Source of the DNA: Parcubacteria group bacterium 21-54-25
GTDB lineage: Bacteria > Patescibacteriota > Minisyncoccia > Phycocordibacterales > Phycocordibacteraceae
Length of the DNA stretch: 64,000 bases
Direction of reading: 5' to 3'
NCBI GenBank assembly: GCA_002255585.1
Contig: NCBJ01000006.1
Coordinates: 94 to 64,093 of the forward strand
Within the stretch, counting starts at the first letter, position 1, and every line of letters starts with the position of its first letter. Of this stretch, positions 17,146 to 27,950 are shown piece after piece. The notes below the pieces were generated by a model. That model was not told the origin of the DNA. It did not search any database and saw nothing but the letters and a program-made list of their open reading frames with translations. The translations under genes and the position numbers were made by a program.

Positions 17146-18609
17146 ATGCGGTACGATGTTCCACGTGAAATACGGGCAGTCACCAATACGCTTCGCAATG
17201 CTGGTTTCGAGGCATACTTAGTCGGTGGCTGCGTGCGCGACTTGCTGCTTGGCAGAAAACCCAAGGACTGGGACGTAACCACCAACGCGAAGCCAGAAAA
17301 CATCCAGAGCATTTTCGAGGAAACCTTCTATACGAACAATTTCGGCACCGTTGGCGTCGTCAACGACACTGAAGACATATCACTCAAGGTTGTAGAAGTA
17401 ACCCCTTACCGCACTGAGTCTGCGTATGAGGACAAGCGTCGCCCAAACTCGGTTACATTTGGAAACGCCATCGAAGAAGATCTTGCGCGACGCGATTTTA
17501 CGATAAACGCCATTGCGTACGACGATTCTAAAGGACAGATAGTAGACCCCTATAAAGGACAAAAAGACATTGAGGCGAAGGTGCTACAGACCGTTGGTGA
17601 CCCCGAGGAGCGCTTTGATGAGGACGGGTTGCGTCTCATGCGCGCTCTTCGTTTGGTAGCAGAACTTGATTTTGCGCTCGATGCTCAAACAGCAGCCGCG
17701 ATACAGAAAAAAGCACATAATCTGAGCTATATTTCAAAGGAGCGCATCCGCGATGAGCTCGTACGCATACTCAACTCTGACCAGCCGATGACGGCACTCG
17801 TGCTTGCGGCTCGCCTTGATATTCTTGAACACATTTCCTCCGATCTCATGCGCGGTATTGGCGTTGAGCAAAACCAGGCGCATTCGTTTGACGTTTTTGA
17901 GCACCTCATGCGAACCATGCAGCATGCGGCAGATAAAAACTGGCATTTCGATATTCGCCTTGCTGGGTTATTCCATGATGTATCCAAGCCAGAAACTAGA
18001 CGTTGGTCAGAAGAAAAAAAGGAATGGACGTTCCATGGCCACGAAGTTGTTGGCGCTCGTGTCGCCAAAAAAGCATTGGAGGATCTCCGTTTTTCACGTG
18101 AAACCATAGAAAAGGTGGTAAAACTAGTGCGTTGGCACATGTTTTTCTCTGATCCGGATCAAATTACACTTTCAGCCGTACGTCGCATGGTTCGTAATGT
18201 CGGTGAAGAAAATATATGGGATCTTCTCAATCTACGGATCTGCGATCGCGTTGGTACTGGGCGGCCAAAGGAACAGCCGTTTCGTTTCCGTAAATACAAA
18301 GCCATGGTGGAGCAAGCACTGCGCGATCCAATATCAGCCGCCATGCTCAAGATTGATGGGACCCACATAATGGAGAAGTTCCACGTGCAACCAGGACCAC
18401 GGATAGGGTGGACACTGCATGCGCTTCTTGAAGAAGTACTTGAGGATCCGAAAAAGAATACCGAAGACTACCTCGATTCACGTGTTTCAGAGCTTCTCGG
18501 TCTCTCTGACGATGATTTACGGAAATTTGGGGAGTCTGGCAAACAGAAGCGTGAGAAGCGCGAGGATGAAGAAATAAAGAACATAATGGATAAACACCAC
18601 GTCTGTTAG
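17146..18609 (+). CDS. cca: CCA-adding tRNA nucleotidyltransferase (PolyA-pol head + HD domain)
   Basis: Motifs GGCVRDLLLG..DWD and RDFTINA are present, with a C-terminal HD domain (LFHDVSKPET). The upstream extension to 17008 overlaps tRNA-Arg and is rejected. Confidence 0.85.
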   Translation: MRYDVPREIRAVTNTLRNAGFEAYLVGGCVRDLLLGRKPKDWDVTTNAKPENIQSIFEETFYTNNFGTVGVVNDTEDISLKVVEVTPYRTESAYEDKRRPNSVTFGNAIEEDLARRDFTINAIAYDDSKGQIVDPYKGQKDIEAKVLQTVGDPEERFDEDGLRLMRALRLVAELDFALDAQTAAAIQKKAHNLSYISKERIRDELVRILNSDQPMTALVLAARLDILEHISSDLMRGIGVEQNQAHSFDVFEHLMRTMQHAADKNWHFDIRLAGLFHDVSKPETRRWSEEKKEWTFHGHEVVGARVAKKALEDLRFSRETIEKVVKLVRWHMFFSDPDQITLSAVRRMVRNVGEENIWDLLNLRICDRVGTGRPKEQPFRFRKYKAMVEQALRDPISAAMLKIDGTHIMEKFHVQPGPRIGWTLHALLEEVLEDPKKNTEDYLDSRVSELLGLSDDDLRKFGESGKQKREKREDEEIKNIMDKHHVC

Positions 18610-18804
18610 TTTTCACGTGGAACGCATATATAGAAAAAGTATGGACGGTCCGGTCGTTTTCACGTGGAACATTATAAAATAGATCTTCTGTAGAAATAAA
18701 AAAGCCGCCTTGTGGCGGGCAAATAGGTAGCTTTGGGGCTTTTGTTTTGTGGCCCGCCTGGGGAAGGTGGCGACTTTTTATTTGTTGTGTGTTGCACGTG
18801 GAAC
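18610..18804. promoter_or_regulatory. Three copies of the 13-mer T(T/G)CACGTGGAAC within 195 bp, in a convergent intergenic region
   Basis: TTTTCACGTGGAAC lies at 18610-18623 and 18657-18670, and GTTGCACGTGGAAC at 18791-18804. The core is the imperfect palindrome CACGTG. Confidence 0.5.
18703..18726 (-). terminator. Probable rho-independent terminator of xth
   Basis: The minus strand reads GCCCGCC-ACAA-GGCGGC followed by TTTTTTATTT. Confidence 0.5.
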
Positions 18805-18977
18805 AGTCGCTGCCCTTTGGTTTTTATGGGGGATTCGCCCCGTCGTTGGCCAGCCGTTCGCGCACAATCAGAAAGAACTAGAAAGAGCTCGCAAGGATCA
18901 CTCTTTCTGTAACACATGATACCGCTCTATAGGACATAGTAAATAGCCGGCCTGTGGATAAGTGTCCTTTATGTCTT

Positions 18978-19742
18978 TTATAACGTTATGGAGACAGGGC
19001 AGTGGTCGCTCCCATACACGCGACTATTGATTTCGGCTTTCTTTATTTTACCAACAAGCTCGCTCGATACGAAAAAATAATCGAGACGCCAGCCCACATT
19101 CCTATCGCGTGCACGCGTTTGCATATCCCAGTAGCTATACGCCTCTGCCTGGTGTGGATGCAGGTGGCGGAACGTATCCACGTAGCCAACATTTATAACC
19201 TCATCTATCCACGCGCGTTCTTCGGAGAGGAAGCCGGTGTTCCCTTCGTTTTCTTTCGGGCGAGCTAGATCTATTTCCTCATGCGCCGTGTTTACGTCCC
19301 CACAAAAAATAATGGGTTTTTTCTTACGTAACTTCTCAATAAACGCAAGGAATGAATCGTAAAAACGCAGTTTGTAGTCGAGCCGCTCTGGACCCATGCC
19401 GCCGTTGGGGAAGTACACGTTGAGAAGCCAAAAGTCGTCAAACTCGGCACCGACGATACGTCCTTCCTGATCAAACTCCTTGATGCCCATACCGTACGTT
19501 ACAGAAAGTGGCTCGATTTTTGAGTACAGTGCGACGCCGCTATAGCCCTTGCGCGTCTGAGAGGAAGAAAAGAACGCCGAGTATCCGGCGGGGGAGAGCA
19601 TGTCTTCGGGAAGTTGTTCTGGCGACGCCTTGGTCTCTTGCAGGCAGAAAATGTCTGGCTTCATCGTTTTCAAAAAGTCCTGCCAATAGTCGTTTTTTGC
19701 GAGCGATCGGAGGCCGTTTACGTTCCATGAGACGATACGCAT
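18978..19742 (-). CDS. xth: Exodeoxyribonuclease III (AP endonuclease)
   Basis: The N-terminus MRIVSWNVNGLRS and the motif DIFCLQETK are present. The C-terminus has SDHCPV. Confidence 0.9.
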   Translation of the reverse strand: MRIVSWNVNGLRSLAKNDYWQDFLKTMKPDIFCLQETKASPEQLPEDMLSPAGYSAFFSSSQTRKGYSGVALYSKIEPLSVTYGMGIKEFDQEGRIVGAEFDDFWLLNVYFPNGGMGPERLDYKLRFYDSFLAFIEKLRKKKPIIFCGDVNTAHEEIDLARPKENEGNTGFLSEERAWIDEVINVGYVDTFRHLHPHQAEAYSYWDMQTRARDRNVGWRLDYFFVSSELVGKIKKAEINSRVYGSDHCPVSITL

Positions 19743-19827
19743 GTGCTCAGTATAGCTTATAGTAAACTCTCCGAATTATGTCTGCGCAGCTTGCTGCGCA
19801 GGTTTTTGTTTTGCAATACGCCCAGAA

Positions 19828-20745
19828 CTACGCCCCGCGGCTGTGGTATTTTTTGTGTACCTCGCGCAGGTGAGCGTCGGTGACATGGGTATAGATCTGT
19901 GTGGTTGCGATATTGGCATGCCCTAAAAGGGCTTGAACGCTGCGTAAATCGGCACCATTGGAGAGGAGGTCGGTGGCAAAGGCGTGCCGCAGCATGTGTG
20001 GCGTAACCTTGCTCGTGATTCCAGCACGCGCAGCGTACTGCTTAATGTGGCGTTGCACATCGCGCGAGGTGATGCGGTGCAATTTTGACGCCCAACCGTC
20101 CACAAAAAGCGCCTCTCCCATGTCTTCACGCGCCGCAAGATATGTTCGCACCGCTTCTTTTGCGGCAGGGGAGAGAAACACCACACGAACCTTGTCGCCC
20201 TTGCCGCGAATGGAAAACTCGTCACGCGATAGGTCGATGTCGGCGTTGAGCGAGCACAGCTCTGCGACGCGCAGGCCGGTGGAGAAAAATAGCTCTAGTA
20301 TGGCCGCGTCGCGCAGGAAGGCGCGGCGTCGGTTCGGGTCTTGCTCTTTAGCGAGCGCTTCGCGCGGAGCGGCAAGTAAACGCGCCAACTCTGCGGCGGT
20401 CATAATGTCGAGCGAGCGCTCCGGCACCTTGGCAAGTTCTATGCGTTCGGGAGAGATGCCTTCTATGCCGCGTTTACGCAAGAACTTGAGAAACGCACGC
20501 AGGGCGATGAGGTAGTAGTTTTGCGTCCGCCGCTTCATAGAATCGCGCCCGGTGCCCGCCTGACGATTGAGCCACAGACGAAATTCACGAATATTTTCCT
20601 CGCTAATATCACTCGTGCGCTTGATATTCGCATGCGTAAAGTAGCGAGTGAGGTAGCGATCGTAGTTTTCGACGGTTTTGACCACGCGGCCGCGCTCTAT
20701 TTCTATATATTCAAGGAACTGCCGCTTGGCGTTTTCTATTTCCAT
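19828..20745 (-). CDS. Tyrosine site-specific recombinase XerC/XerD
   Basis: It has an N-terminal SAM-like domain. The catalytic R..HxxR..Y pattern is present (HMLRHAFAT, LLGHANIATTQIYTHV). Confidence 0.85.
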   Translation of the reverse strand: MEIENAKRQFLEYIEIERGRVVKTVENYDRYLTRYFTHANIKRTSDISEENIREFRLWLNRQAGTGRDSMKRRTQNYYLIALRAFLKFLRKRGIEGISPERIELAKVPERSLDIMTAAELARLLAAPREALAKEQDPNRRRAFLRDAAILELFFSTGLRVAELCSLNADIDLSRDEFSIRGKGDKVRVVFLSPAAKEAVRTYLAAREDMGEALFVDGWASKLHRITSRDVQRHIKQYAARAGITSKVTPHMLRHAFATDLLSNGADLRSVQALLGHANIATTQIYTHVTDAHLREVHKKYHSRGA

Positions 20746-20924
20746 GACTAGATGGTTGCACCCACCGTCTTAGTATACCGTGAGTTTGCGCACAATATTG
20801 TTCGTTTTGCCACAATACTCCTAGTTACGGGAGTATTGTGGCTTGAGTTTTGTTGCTTTTGAACAAAAAGACCCATTCCACAAGATTTGCAAAAATAATC
20901 AAGGTATGGTATGGTGTGGCTACC

Positions 20925-21191
20925 ATGCTTACCAAACGTGTAAAAACGACCGCGATCAAAAGTGCGGCACGTCATGAGGACGATACTGGTTCACCAGATG
21001 TCCAGGTCGCGGTACTTACCCGACGCATTGACGACCTGACCAAGCACCTCAAGAAAAACCAAAAGGATTTTCATTCGCGTCGCGGTCTTTTGCAAATGGT
21101 CGCCGATCGGCGCGCGCACTTGCGATACCTTGAAAAGAACGACAAGCGGCGCTACAACGCGGTCGTAAAAAAGCTTGGGCTCAAGCGGTAA
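20925..21191 (+). CDS. rpsO: 30S ribosomal protein S15
   Basis: The 88-aa ORF from ATG 20925 contains S15 motifs (GSPDVQVAVLTRRIDDLTKHLKKNQKDFHSRRGLL). The ORF track extends it to 20850. Confidence 0.9.
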   Translation: MLTKRVKTTAIKSAARHEDDTGSPDVQVAVLTRRIDDLTKHLKKNQKDFHSRRGLLQMVADRRAHLRYLEKNDKRRYNAVVKKLGLKR

Positions 21192-21348
21192 TGGCGCGCG
21201 CCTTAACGGCGGCACTATTCTTTATAATATACGGGATACGAGTTTTTGTGCGGTGCGCACACCGTTCATCTTTGCACAAAAATGGTAGTGTAGTATGGGG
21301 TGGAGAGTTAGCAGCGGTTATTTTAATAAAATTTTATAATATTCTTTT

Positions 21349-21864
21349 ATGGCAGTTATCAAACATACTGCGCAGCGAGTGGGTGTTTTTATTGACACGC
21401 AAAACCTCTACCACAGCGCAAAACATCTTTACAAGGCACGCGTAAATTTTGCAAAAATTCTCGAGGAGGCCGTAAGCGGCCGCATACTCGTGCGTGCCAT
21501 TGCTTATGTCATTGCCACAGAAAGCGGCGAGGAGAAGAATTTCTTCGAAGCGCTCACCAAAATTGGCATTGAAACTAAGGTAAAAGATCTGCAAATATTT
21601 GCCGGAGGCGCAAAGAAAGCCGACTGGGACGTGGGCATTGCGATTGACGCAGTGAAACTGGCTCCGCGACTTGACACTATCGTGCTGGCAACTGGTGACG
21701 GCGACTTCGTTCCACTTATCCAATATCTTGATATGAGTAAGGGGTGCCAAGTTGAGGTTATTTCATTTGGCAAATCGTCTTCGGGAAAATTGAAAGAAGC
21801 TGCGCACGCATTTACTGATATGTGTGACGAACCGAAAAAGTTCACCATCGGGTCTCGCGGCTAG
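21349..21864 (+). CDS. NYN/LabA-like (PIN-fold) domain protein
   Basis: VGVFIDTQNLYHSAK...LVRAIAYV...IVLATGDGDFVPLIQYL matches the NYN/LabA fold with conserved acidic residues. Confidence 0.7.
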   Translation: MAVIKHTAQRVGVFIDTQNLYHSAKHLYKARVNFAKILEEAVSGRILVRAIAYVIATESGEEKNFFEALTKIGIETKVKDLQIFAGGAKKADWDVGIAIDAVKLAPRLDTIVLATGDGDFVPLIQYLDMSKGCQVEVISFGKSSSGKLKEAAHAFTDMCDEPKKFTIGSRG

Positions 21865-21941
21865 TCTTTGGTTTTGCGCATACACATGTACGCCCCGCAA
21901 TGACATTGCGGGGCGTACTAATGCGTTAGAATAAAGAGTAC

Positions 21942-23705
21942 GTGATGACCGATGCACAGCACAACGACGAGCCACGCACGGACGCTTCTTTGCCAAAGCG
22001 CGTTGTGCGCACGTATGCCAGTGATCTCGCTGCGCTACAGGGTAACAACGTACCAGTATCGGGTACTACCAAGCCGCCCGCTGCGACGCCACCCCCGCCC
22101 CGCGCGCCAATAGAACACGGAGAGGCGGGCCTCGCGACGTCACCACCAAAGACGCCGCCAAAGCCGGAGGTCGTTCAAACACCAATACCCCCGCCCCCAA
22201 CACACACACCGGAGGTTGTGGCACCGCCTGCCGCAACAAAGACGCGCCTCGCGCCACCCCCAAGGGCGTCGTCGCTTCCGGAAAAACAAAAAGAGCGTCC
22301 CGAAATTCCTGTTGATCTTGTGCTCATGAATCGCCGACCGCTGGCAGAGCAGGAATCGCACTGGTCAAAGCTCTGGTCATCTTTTGCATCAAAATCTTCT
22401 GACGTCGAAACGAACATAGCAGGGGCGCCAGTCATCCATGAGGACATCAAGGTTGCTGATAGCGAGCCGGCTCCCGCGCAACGAGAACAGGTTGCCGTGT
22501 CCCCTGTGATGACATCGCCGTCCATATCCTCACCCCAACAAAAGGCTCCTGCTAATACTAAACCGGCGGTACAATCGGCTCCGTACGTGCCGCCTCCGAC
22601 CACGGGATATTTCTCGCCACCTCAACCATTCCAGCAACCACAAGGCACTGAGAATGAGCCCCGCGAAGAAATACTTGCGCGTCTGCGCGCAAAAGTGGCT
22701 CGTGAGCGGCGCGCTAGTGATCAGCTTGTAGAAAAAAGTGTCTTGCCAGAGGAGAAAAGAGCCTCTGTGCTGGCCCCGGCGGCGTCGACACAAACACCAG
22801 TTTTTGCAACACAGCCTGATGAGCTCTCACCACTACACACGTACAAAACTGATTTCGTCGACCACTTACAGCAAACACAAGCATCTACTGTGTCCGTACT
22901 CGCCGCTGAGCACGATGCCGGACAAGCGCCTACCAAAGAAGCATATGCGACTTCTCGTTCGTACACGCTCCTGTGGGCAATTTCCGGCATACTCTTGCTT
23001 ATCATTGGTATCGGCGGCGTGTTCTACGCCTATTACTATCATGTTGGTCTCTCCGCGCCTGTCGCTACGGTACAAACAGCGCCGTCGCTCATTGCGACTG
23101 ACGGGTCGGTGCGGCTTTCTGGGACGGGTGGTGCGCTTATGAACGCACTTGCAAACGCTGCGAATACCGCATCACTTTCCGATGGCTCCGTGGAGCTTAC
23201 GTATATTACTATCGCAACCACTACTGCTACGGGTGCAACCACCACTATTTCTGTACCCGGAGGGTATCTCATTGCGGCGCTGAGGTTGCCCTTGCCAAAC
23301 ATTCTTGCAAACAACATTGCGGCTGATAGCACGGTAGGCATTGTGCGCGCAAGCGGCGAAACGAGACCCTTCTTCCTGCTGCACGTTGCGTCATACGATG
23401 CCGCCTTTGCTGGTATGTTGAGTTGGGAACGCACAATGGCAACGGATCTGGCCCCGCTCTATCCGCCGTATCCAACGGCGACAAGTACCGCCACAACGAC
23501 AGTTCGTATCTCAAGCGGTGCGGCGACGGCAAGCTCGTTTGTTGACGAGGTTGTTGCAAATCACGATACCCGCGTCCTCCGTGACGCCGCAGGCAGAAGT
23601 ATCATGCTCTATGGTTTCCGTGATAAAAACACGGTTATCATTGCGCGTAACGCGGCCGCATTTACCGCGATTCTCAACCGCCTCAACAATACAAGTGCGC
23701 AATAG
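21942..23705 (+). CDS. Hypothetical bitopic membrane protein with a Pro-rich cytoplasmic N-region and a large extracytoplasmic C-domain
   Basis: 587 aa. The first ~330 aa are Pro/Ala/Thr-rich. A single TM helix (LLWAISGILLLIIGIGGVFYAYYY) follows. No domain is recognised. Confidence 0.5.
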   Translation: MMTDAQHNDEPRTDASLPKRVVRTYASDLAALQGNNVPVSGTTKPPAATPPPPRAPIEHGEAGLATSPPKTPPKPEVVQTPIPPPPTHTPEVVAPPAATKTRLAPPPRASSLPEKQKERPEIPVDLVLMNRRPLAEQESHWSKLWSSFASKSSDVETNIAGAPVIHEDIKVADSEPAPAQREQVAVSPVMTSPSISSPQQKAPANTKPAVQSAPYVPPPTTGYFSPPQPFQQPQGTENEPREEILARLRAKVARERRASDQLVEKSVLPEEKRASVLAPAASTQTPVFATQPDELSPLHTYKTDFVDHLQQTQASTVSVLAAEHDAGQAPTKEAYATSRSYTLLWAISGILLLIIGIGGVFYAYYYHVGLSAPVATVQTAPSLIATDGSVRLSGTGGALMNALANAANTASLSDGSVELTYITIATTTATGATTTISVPGGYLIAALRLPLPNILANNIAADSTVGIVRASGETRPFFLLHVASYDAAFAGMLSWERTMATDLAPLYPPYPTATSTATTTVRISSGAATASSFVDEVVANHDTRVLRDAAGRSIMLYGFRDKNTVIIARNAAAFTAILNRLNNTSAQ

Positions 23706-23850
23706 CAGACACTGCCGTGTGGTAATTGTACGCTTCGTACACTACGTGCTTGCGGGAACGGTGCAGTGCATTAGAAAAACTTGTGCCCCGTGTGCGGCCA
23801 AAACGTACAAAACGCAGGGTGCCGACGAGTAACTATTCGGAAAGTACCGT

Positions 23851-25404
23851 ATGATAGGAGTTGTGCCCGATTCAACACAAGCCACGGACACGCAGGATGT
23901 CGTACGCGGTTATGCTGCCATAACCGCTGCGCAACCCGTGGGCGCAACGGCTGAGCTGGTGACCATTGAGGCCGATATCACGCGCGGGCTTCACTCATTT
24001 TCAATCGTTGGACTAGCGGATAAGGCGGTAGAAGAAGCTCGCGACCGTCTATCTGCGGCGCTACGACATGCGGGGTTCAAGTCGCCAAAATCAGAAAATC
24101 GACGCGTGGTGCTTTCACTCTCTCCTGCGGACCTCAAAAAAGAGGGGTCCCATTTTGACGTGCCACTTGCGCTTTGTTATCTGGCCGCCGTCGGTGAGGT
24201 GACCTTGTCCGACCCGTGCGCGCTCTATACCGGTGAGCTAGCGCTAGATGGCACCCTGCGTAGCGTGCGCGGTATTCTCCCGCAAGTACTTGCTGCAAAA
24301 CGGCATGGTATAACGACGGTATTTGTACCACCAGGCAACGTACCGGAAGCTTGCTTGGCGACCGGTATAAAGGTTTTTGCTCCGGCAACACTTGCTGATC
24401 TCGTTGCGCATGCGCGGGGCACACGACTGCTCACTGAAATGCGTGCCGCGCCGGTGGCTCCAACAGGAGCGCCCCCGGCGGTAGATTTGGCAACTATTCT
24501 CGGACAGGAGAGCGCGAAACGTGCACTAGAAATCGCCGCGGTCGGCCGCCACAACCTCGTGCTCTATGGACCGCCCGGCACCGGCAAGACGCTTTTGGCA
24601 CGCGCGCTGCCGAGTATTTTACCGCCCCTTAATAGCGACGAAATGCTCGAGGTCACGGCCATTCATTCTACCGCCGGCGCGCTCAAAGAAGGGGCCGTAG
24701 TGCGCTGGCCTCCGTTTCGTGCGCCACACCATACCGTGTCGCCCACGGCTATTATTGGTGGGGGTGCGGTGCCGCGCGCAGGTGAAGTGACGCTCGCACA
24801 CAAAGGTGTTTTATTTTTGGACGAGTTCCCCGAATTTGATACGCGCGCGCTGGAAGCGCTGCGGCAGCCACTTGAAGACCGCACGGTGACTGTTTCACGT
24901 GCGCGAGGCACTGTTACGTTTCCTGCCGACTGCATGCTGGTGGCGGCAATGAATCCTGCTGAGACTCTCTCTACTGACACCGGTGTTGCGGTGCGTGCGG
25001 CACGGAAACAGGCGCGCAAAATATCACGCCCGATTGTCGATCGCCTTGATTTGTGGGTGCCCGTGCCACATGTGCCACACGAGACGCTCGCAGGACTTGC
25101 GCATGGAGAGCCGTCAGCCACCGTACGCGCGCGCGTTACCGCGGCGCGCGTACGCGCAGACGAGCGTGCCGGTGCGGCGCAAACGTCGCGCGTACCGCGC
25201 GACGACACCACGTACTGTTCTGATGCGGCAAAAAAGGTGCTGCTTGCTGCTGCTAAAAAGCTTGATCTGTCACCCCGCGCCTACTACCGCACACTGCGTG
25301 TCGCCCGCACGATTGCTGATTTGGCCGACAACGATATGATTGCGCCGACACACATTCTCGAAGCACTCCAGTACCGCCCGCGCGGACTTTTTGGATTTAC
25401 CTAG
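23851..25404 (+). CDS. comM: YifB/ComM-family Mg-chelatase-like AAA+ protein
   Basis: It has an N-terminal Lon-protease-like domain ([25 protein letters not shown]). Walker A is [15 protein letters not shown] and Walker B is [12 protein letters not shown]-terminal ChlI domain is present. Confidence 0.85.
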   Translation: MIGVVPDSTQATDTQDVVRGYAAITAAQPVGATAELVTIEADITRGLHSFSIVGLADKAVEEARDRLSAALRHAGFKSPKSENRRVVLSLSPADLKKEGSHFDVPLALCYLAAVGEVTLSDPCALYTGELALDGTLRSVRGILPQVLAAKRHGITTVFVPPGNVPEACLATGIKVFAPATLADLVAHARGTRLLTEMRAAPVAPTGAPPAVDLATILGQESAKRALEIAAVGRHNLVLYGPPGTGKTLLARALPSILPPLNSDEMLEVTAIHSTAGALKEGAVVRWPPFRAPHHTVSPTAIIGGGAVPRAGEVTLAHKGVLFLDEFPEFDTRALEALRQPLEDRTVTVSRARGTVTFPADCMLVAAMNPAETLSTDTGVAVRAARKQARKISRPIVDRLDLWVPVPHVPHETLAGLAHGEPSATVRARVTAARVRADERAGAAQTSRVPRDDTTYCSDAAKKVLLAAAKKLDLSPRAYYRTLRVARTIADLADNDMIAPTHILEALQYRPRGLFGFT

Positions 25405-25490
25405 TACAGGGCGGCACACACCACCAACAGGTGCTACACTGGCGATTATGAAAACCGTCTATTGTGACGCGTGCATGCCGTGATTCCGTT

Positions 25491-26777
25491 ATGAATGAGA
25501 CTTTCCATGTCGAGGGGCTCGGTGGTGAGCATGTACTGCAGGGGGACATTCCCGTGCACGGCGCAAAAAACGACACCTTGAAGATTATGGCGGCATCGCT
25601 CCTTTTTGAAGACCTGGTTGCGGTTACCAATGTGCCTGATGTAACTGATGTGGCCGCACTTGCAGAACTCCTTGCCGATATGGGAGTGCACGCAACTCGC
25701 ACAGGACGAAATCTTTCACTAGCCGCGCCAACGAGCGCAAACACGACACTTGATACGACCCGGGCAAAAAGATTGCGGGCATCGGTTACGCTTACCGGCC
25801 CCACGCTTGCACGCTATGGGGCAGTGTCGTTTCCACATCCTGGTGGCTGCGTTATCGGCGCACGCCCCATTGATCTTTTTATCGAGGCGTTTAAAAAAAT
25901 GGGTGCTGACTGCACCACTGATGACCACCACTACCACTTCGTGGCCCGGGATGGACAATTGCACGGCGCGGACATGTTTCTCGACATTGCAAGCGTCGGG
26001 GTAACGGAAACGGTTATGATGGCGGCCGTACTCGCTACAGGAACCACCATTATTCGTAACGCCGCAATGGAGCCAGAGATACAAAACCTCGCACACTACC
26101 TTGCTGCCTGCGGTGCGCGCATTACGGGCATCGGCACACCGCTCTTGGTTATTGAAGGCGGTTCGCTACTTACCGCGCGCGGTAAGGCATACGCGGTGCT
26201 CCCTGATCGCATTGAGACCGGGAGTTTTGCCATCCTCGCTGCGCTGGCGGGGAGAGGGGTGCGCATTACCCATTGCGACCCACAGCACGTAGCGGCGCTG
26301 CTTTCTTTTTTTAGCAAAGCGGGCGTTTCCTATCACACGGACGCGGACTCAATCACCGTGCAAGCACCTACAGCGCCCTACCGATCGGTTAATATTCGCA
26401 CGCATGAATACCCGGGGTTTTCGACTGATCTTCAAGCGCCAATGACCGTATTTCTCACCCAAGCCGAGGGGGAGGGCATGGTGTTTGAGACATTGTTTGA
26501 GGGGCGACTGCGCTATACCGACGACCTGGTGCGCATGGGCGCCGACATCACCATGTTTGATCCTCACCGGGTCATGGTGCGTGGCCCACGCACGCTCACC
26601 GGAAGAAACCTTGCGGCGCCAGATCTGCGAGCAGGACTGGCGTACGTCATTGCGGCAACTATCGCAGCAAAAGATTCTGATATTCACACTATTGAACATA
26701 TCGATCGCGGCTATGAGCGAGTTGAAGAGCGCTTCCGCGCACTCGGCGTGCCTATCACCCGCACGCAAGAAAAATAA
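25491..26777 (+). CDS. murA: UDP-N-acetylglucosamine 1-carboxyvinyltransferase
   Basis: The N-terminus (MNETFHVEGLGGEHVLQGDIPVHGAKN) and the EPT fold are typical of MurA. The active Cys region is PHPGGCVIGARPID. The ORF track starts at 25464. Confidence 0.9.
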   Translation: MNETFHVEGLGGEHVLQGDIPVHGAKNDTLKIMAASLLFEDLVAVTNVPDVTDVAALAELLADMGVHATRTGRNLSLAAPTSANTTLDTTRAKRLRASVTLTGPTLARYGAVSFPHPGGCVIGARPIDLFIEAFKKMGADCTTDDHHYHFVARDGQLHGADMFLDIASVGVTETVMMAAVLATGTTIIRNAAMEPEIQNLAHYLAACGARITGIGTPLLVIEGGSLLTARGKAYAVLPDRIETGSFAILAALAGRGVRITHCDPQHVAALLSFFSKAGVSYHTDADSITVQAPTAPYRSVNIRTHEYPGFSTDLQAPMTVFLTQAEGEGMVFETLFEGRLRYTDDLVRMGADITMFDPHRVMVRGPRTLTGRNLAAPDLRAGLAYVIAATIAAKDSDIHTIEHIDRGYERVEERFRALGVPITRTQEK

Positions 26778-26801
26778 GCATCCTATCGAAAGGGGTGTTT
26801 C

Positions 26802-27950
26802 CTATTGCATAAAACAACCTGTATCGACCTCCATAAGACGACAGGCGGCAAAAGGATTCTCTGCCCCACGCACTTCGAAGTGAAGGTGTGGGCCCGTTGC
26901 CTCTCCCGTCCTTCCCACATATCCTATAACTTGCTCTTGGCTCACCTGTTCACCAACGTGGGAAATGTCGCGACTCATGTGCGCGTAGAGTGTTTGTGTG
27001 CCATTCCCGTGGTCGATAACCACGTAGTTGCCGTAGCCGCCATTCCACCCGCCCACACGAGAGACGATTACCGTACCGGCGGCGGCGGCATGAATCGGCG
27101 TTCCGGTACGTGCGCCAATATCAAAAGCGTTCCATCCGTGAAGCCTTTGGGTAATGATGCCTCCGGGAAGCGGGTCGCTGAAAAAGCCGGGGAGCGCGGG
27201 ACCGCCGCCGCCGCGGTAGGGGTTTGGCGCAAGCGCAGAGGCGCGTGAACCGCGCGACACCGATGCGCGCGAACTTACTGACGATGCTGGCATCTCTCCA
27301 CCTGGAATAACAATAATCTCTCCTGTCGTAAGCGGTGTCTGTGCGTCAATGCCATTATAGAGCGCGATATCGTTCGTATTTGCATGATACTTCTTTGCGA
27401 TTGTCGCCAGTGTCTCTCCGTTGGTCACGGTGTGCTGAATACCAGAAACTGGCAAGATGAGGAGGGTGTCCCCGGGCTTTATGAGGCTTGCGTTCCTAAT
27501 GTTGTTCGCCCAGAGAATAGTATTAACCGACACACCGAACATCTGTGCAATTTCCGAGAGAGAATCCCCTGGTCGCACCACATACAGAGAAATCTGGCCA
27601 TTGGAGGTGGGAGAAGCATCGGTAGCGACACCGCCTGGACTGTCCGCGGCAATAAGCGCTGCGCCGCCGGTCATGGCAATAGTAACGCCATCTGTTGCTG
27701 TCGCGGTTGGGTCTGGTGTGGTGGGCGCGCGCAAAAGTGTTGTCGAGCCGCTATAGGCAAGCATCGCTCCCTGTGCGGCCGTGTTGGACGTGGTATTTGG
27801 AAATGGCCAGAATGCGCCAGCCGGTGCTGGAAAACCAGTGGTAAGCACGAGGAGCGCAAGCATCATTGCCGCCGCCGTGCCTCCTACCCAATATGCATTC
27901 CGACCCTGCCGCATCGTGCGAGCTTCGTCGGAAGGTTTCTTTTTAAGCAA
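26802..27950 (-). CDS. Peptidoglycan hydrolase: two LysM domains + M23 metallopeptidase
   Basis: The LysM repeats are YVVRPGDSLSEIAQMF and HTVTNGETLATIAKKY. The M23 motifs are HxxxD (IDHGNG...YAHM) and HLHFE. Confidence 0.8.
   Translation of the reverse strand: MLKKKPSDEARTMRQGRNAYWVGGTAAAMMLALLVLTTGFPAPAGAFWPFPNTTSNTAAQGAMLAYSGSTTLLRAPTTPDPTATATDGVTIAMTGGAALIAADSPGGVATDASPTSNGQISLYVVRPGDSLSEIAQMFGVSVNTILWANNIRNASLIKPGDTLLILPVSGIQHTVTNGETLATIAKKYHANTNDIALYNGIDAQTPLTTGEIIVIPGGEMPASSVSSRASVSRGSRASALAPNPYRGGGGPALPGFFSDPLPGGIITQRLHGWNAFDIGARTGTPIHAAAAGTVIVSRVGGWNGGYGNYVVIDHGNGTQTLYAHMSRDISHVGEQVSQEQVIGYVGRTGEATGPHLHFEVRGAENPFAACRLMEVDTGCFMQ

Noticed and set aside
18085-18100. Additional CACGTG-containing palindrome (GTTTCACGTGAAAC) inside cca, and other CACGTG hexamers (for example 18476, 24890)
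   Set aside because: Isolated hexamer occurrences at the frequency expected by chance (~15 per 64 kb). Only the intergenic triplet with the extended 13-mer is considered significant.
22066-23142. Multiple 65-142-aa ORFs antisense to or overlapping the Pro-rich membrane protein gene
   Set aside because: They are products of Pro/Ala-rich GC-biased sequence (poly-Gly/Arg/Ala translations) and lie inside a long, consistent forward ORF.
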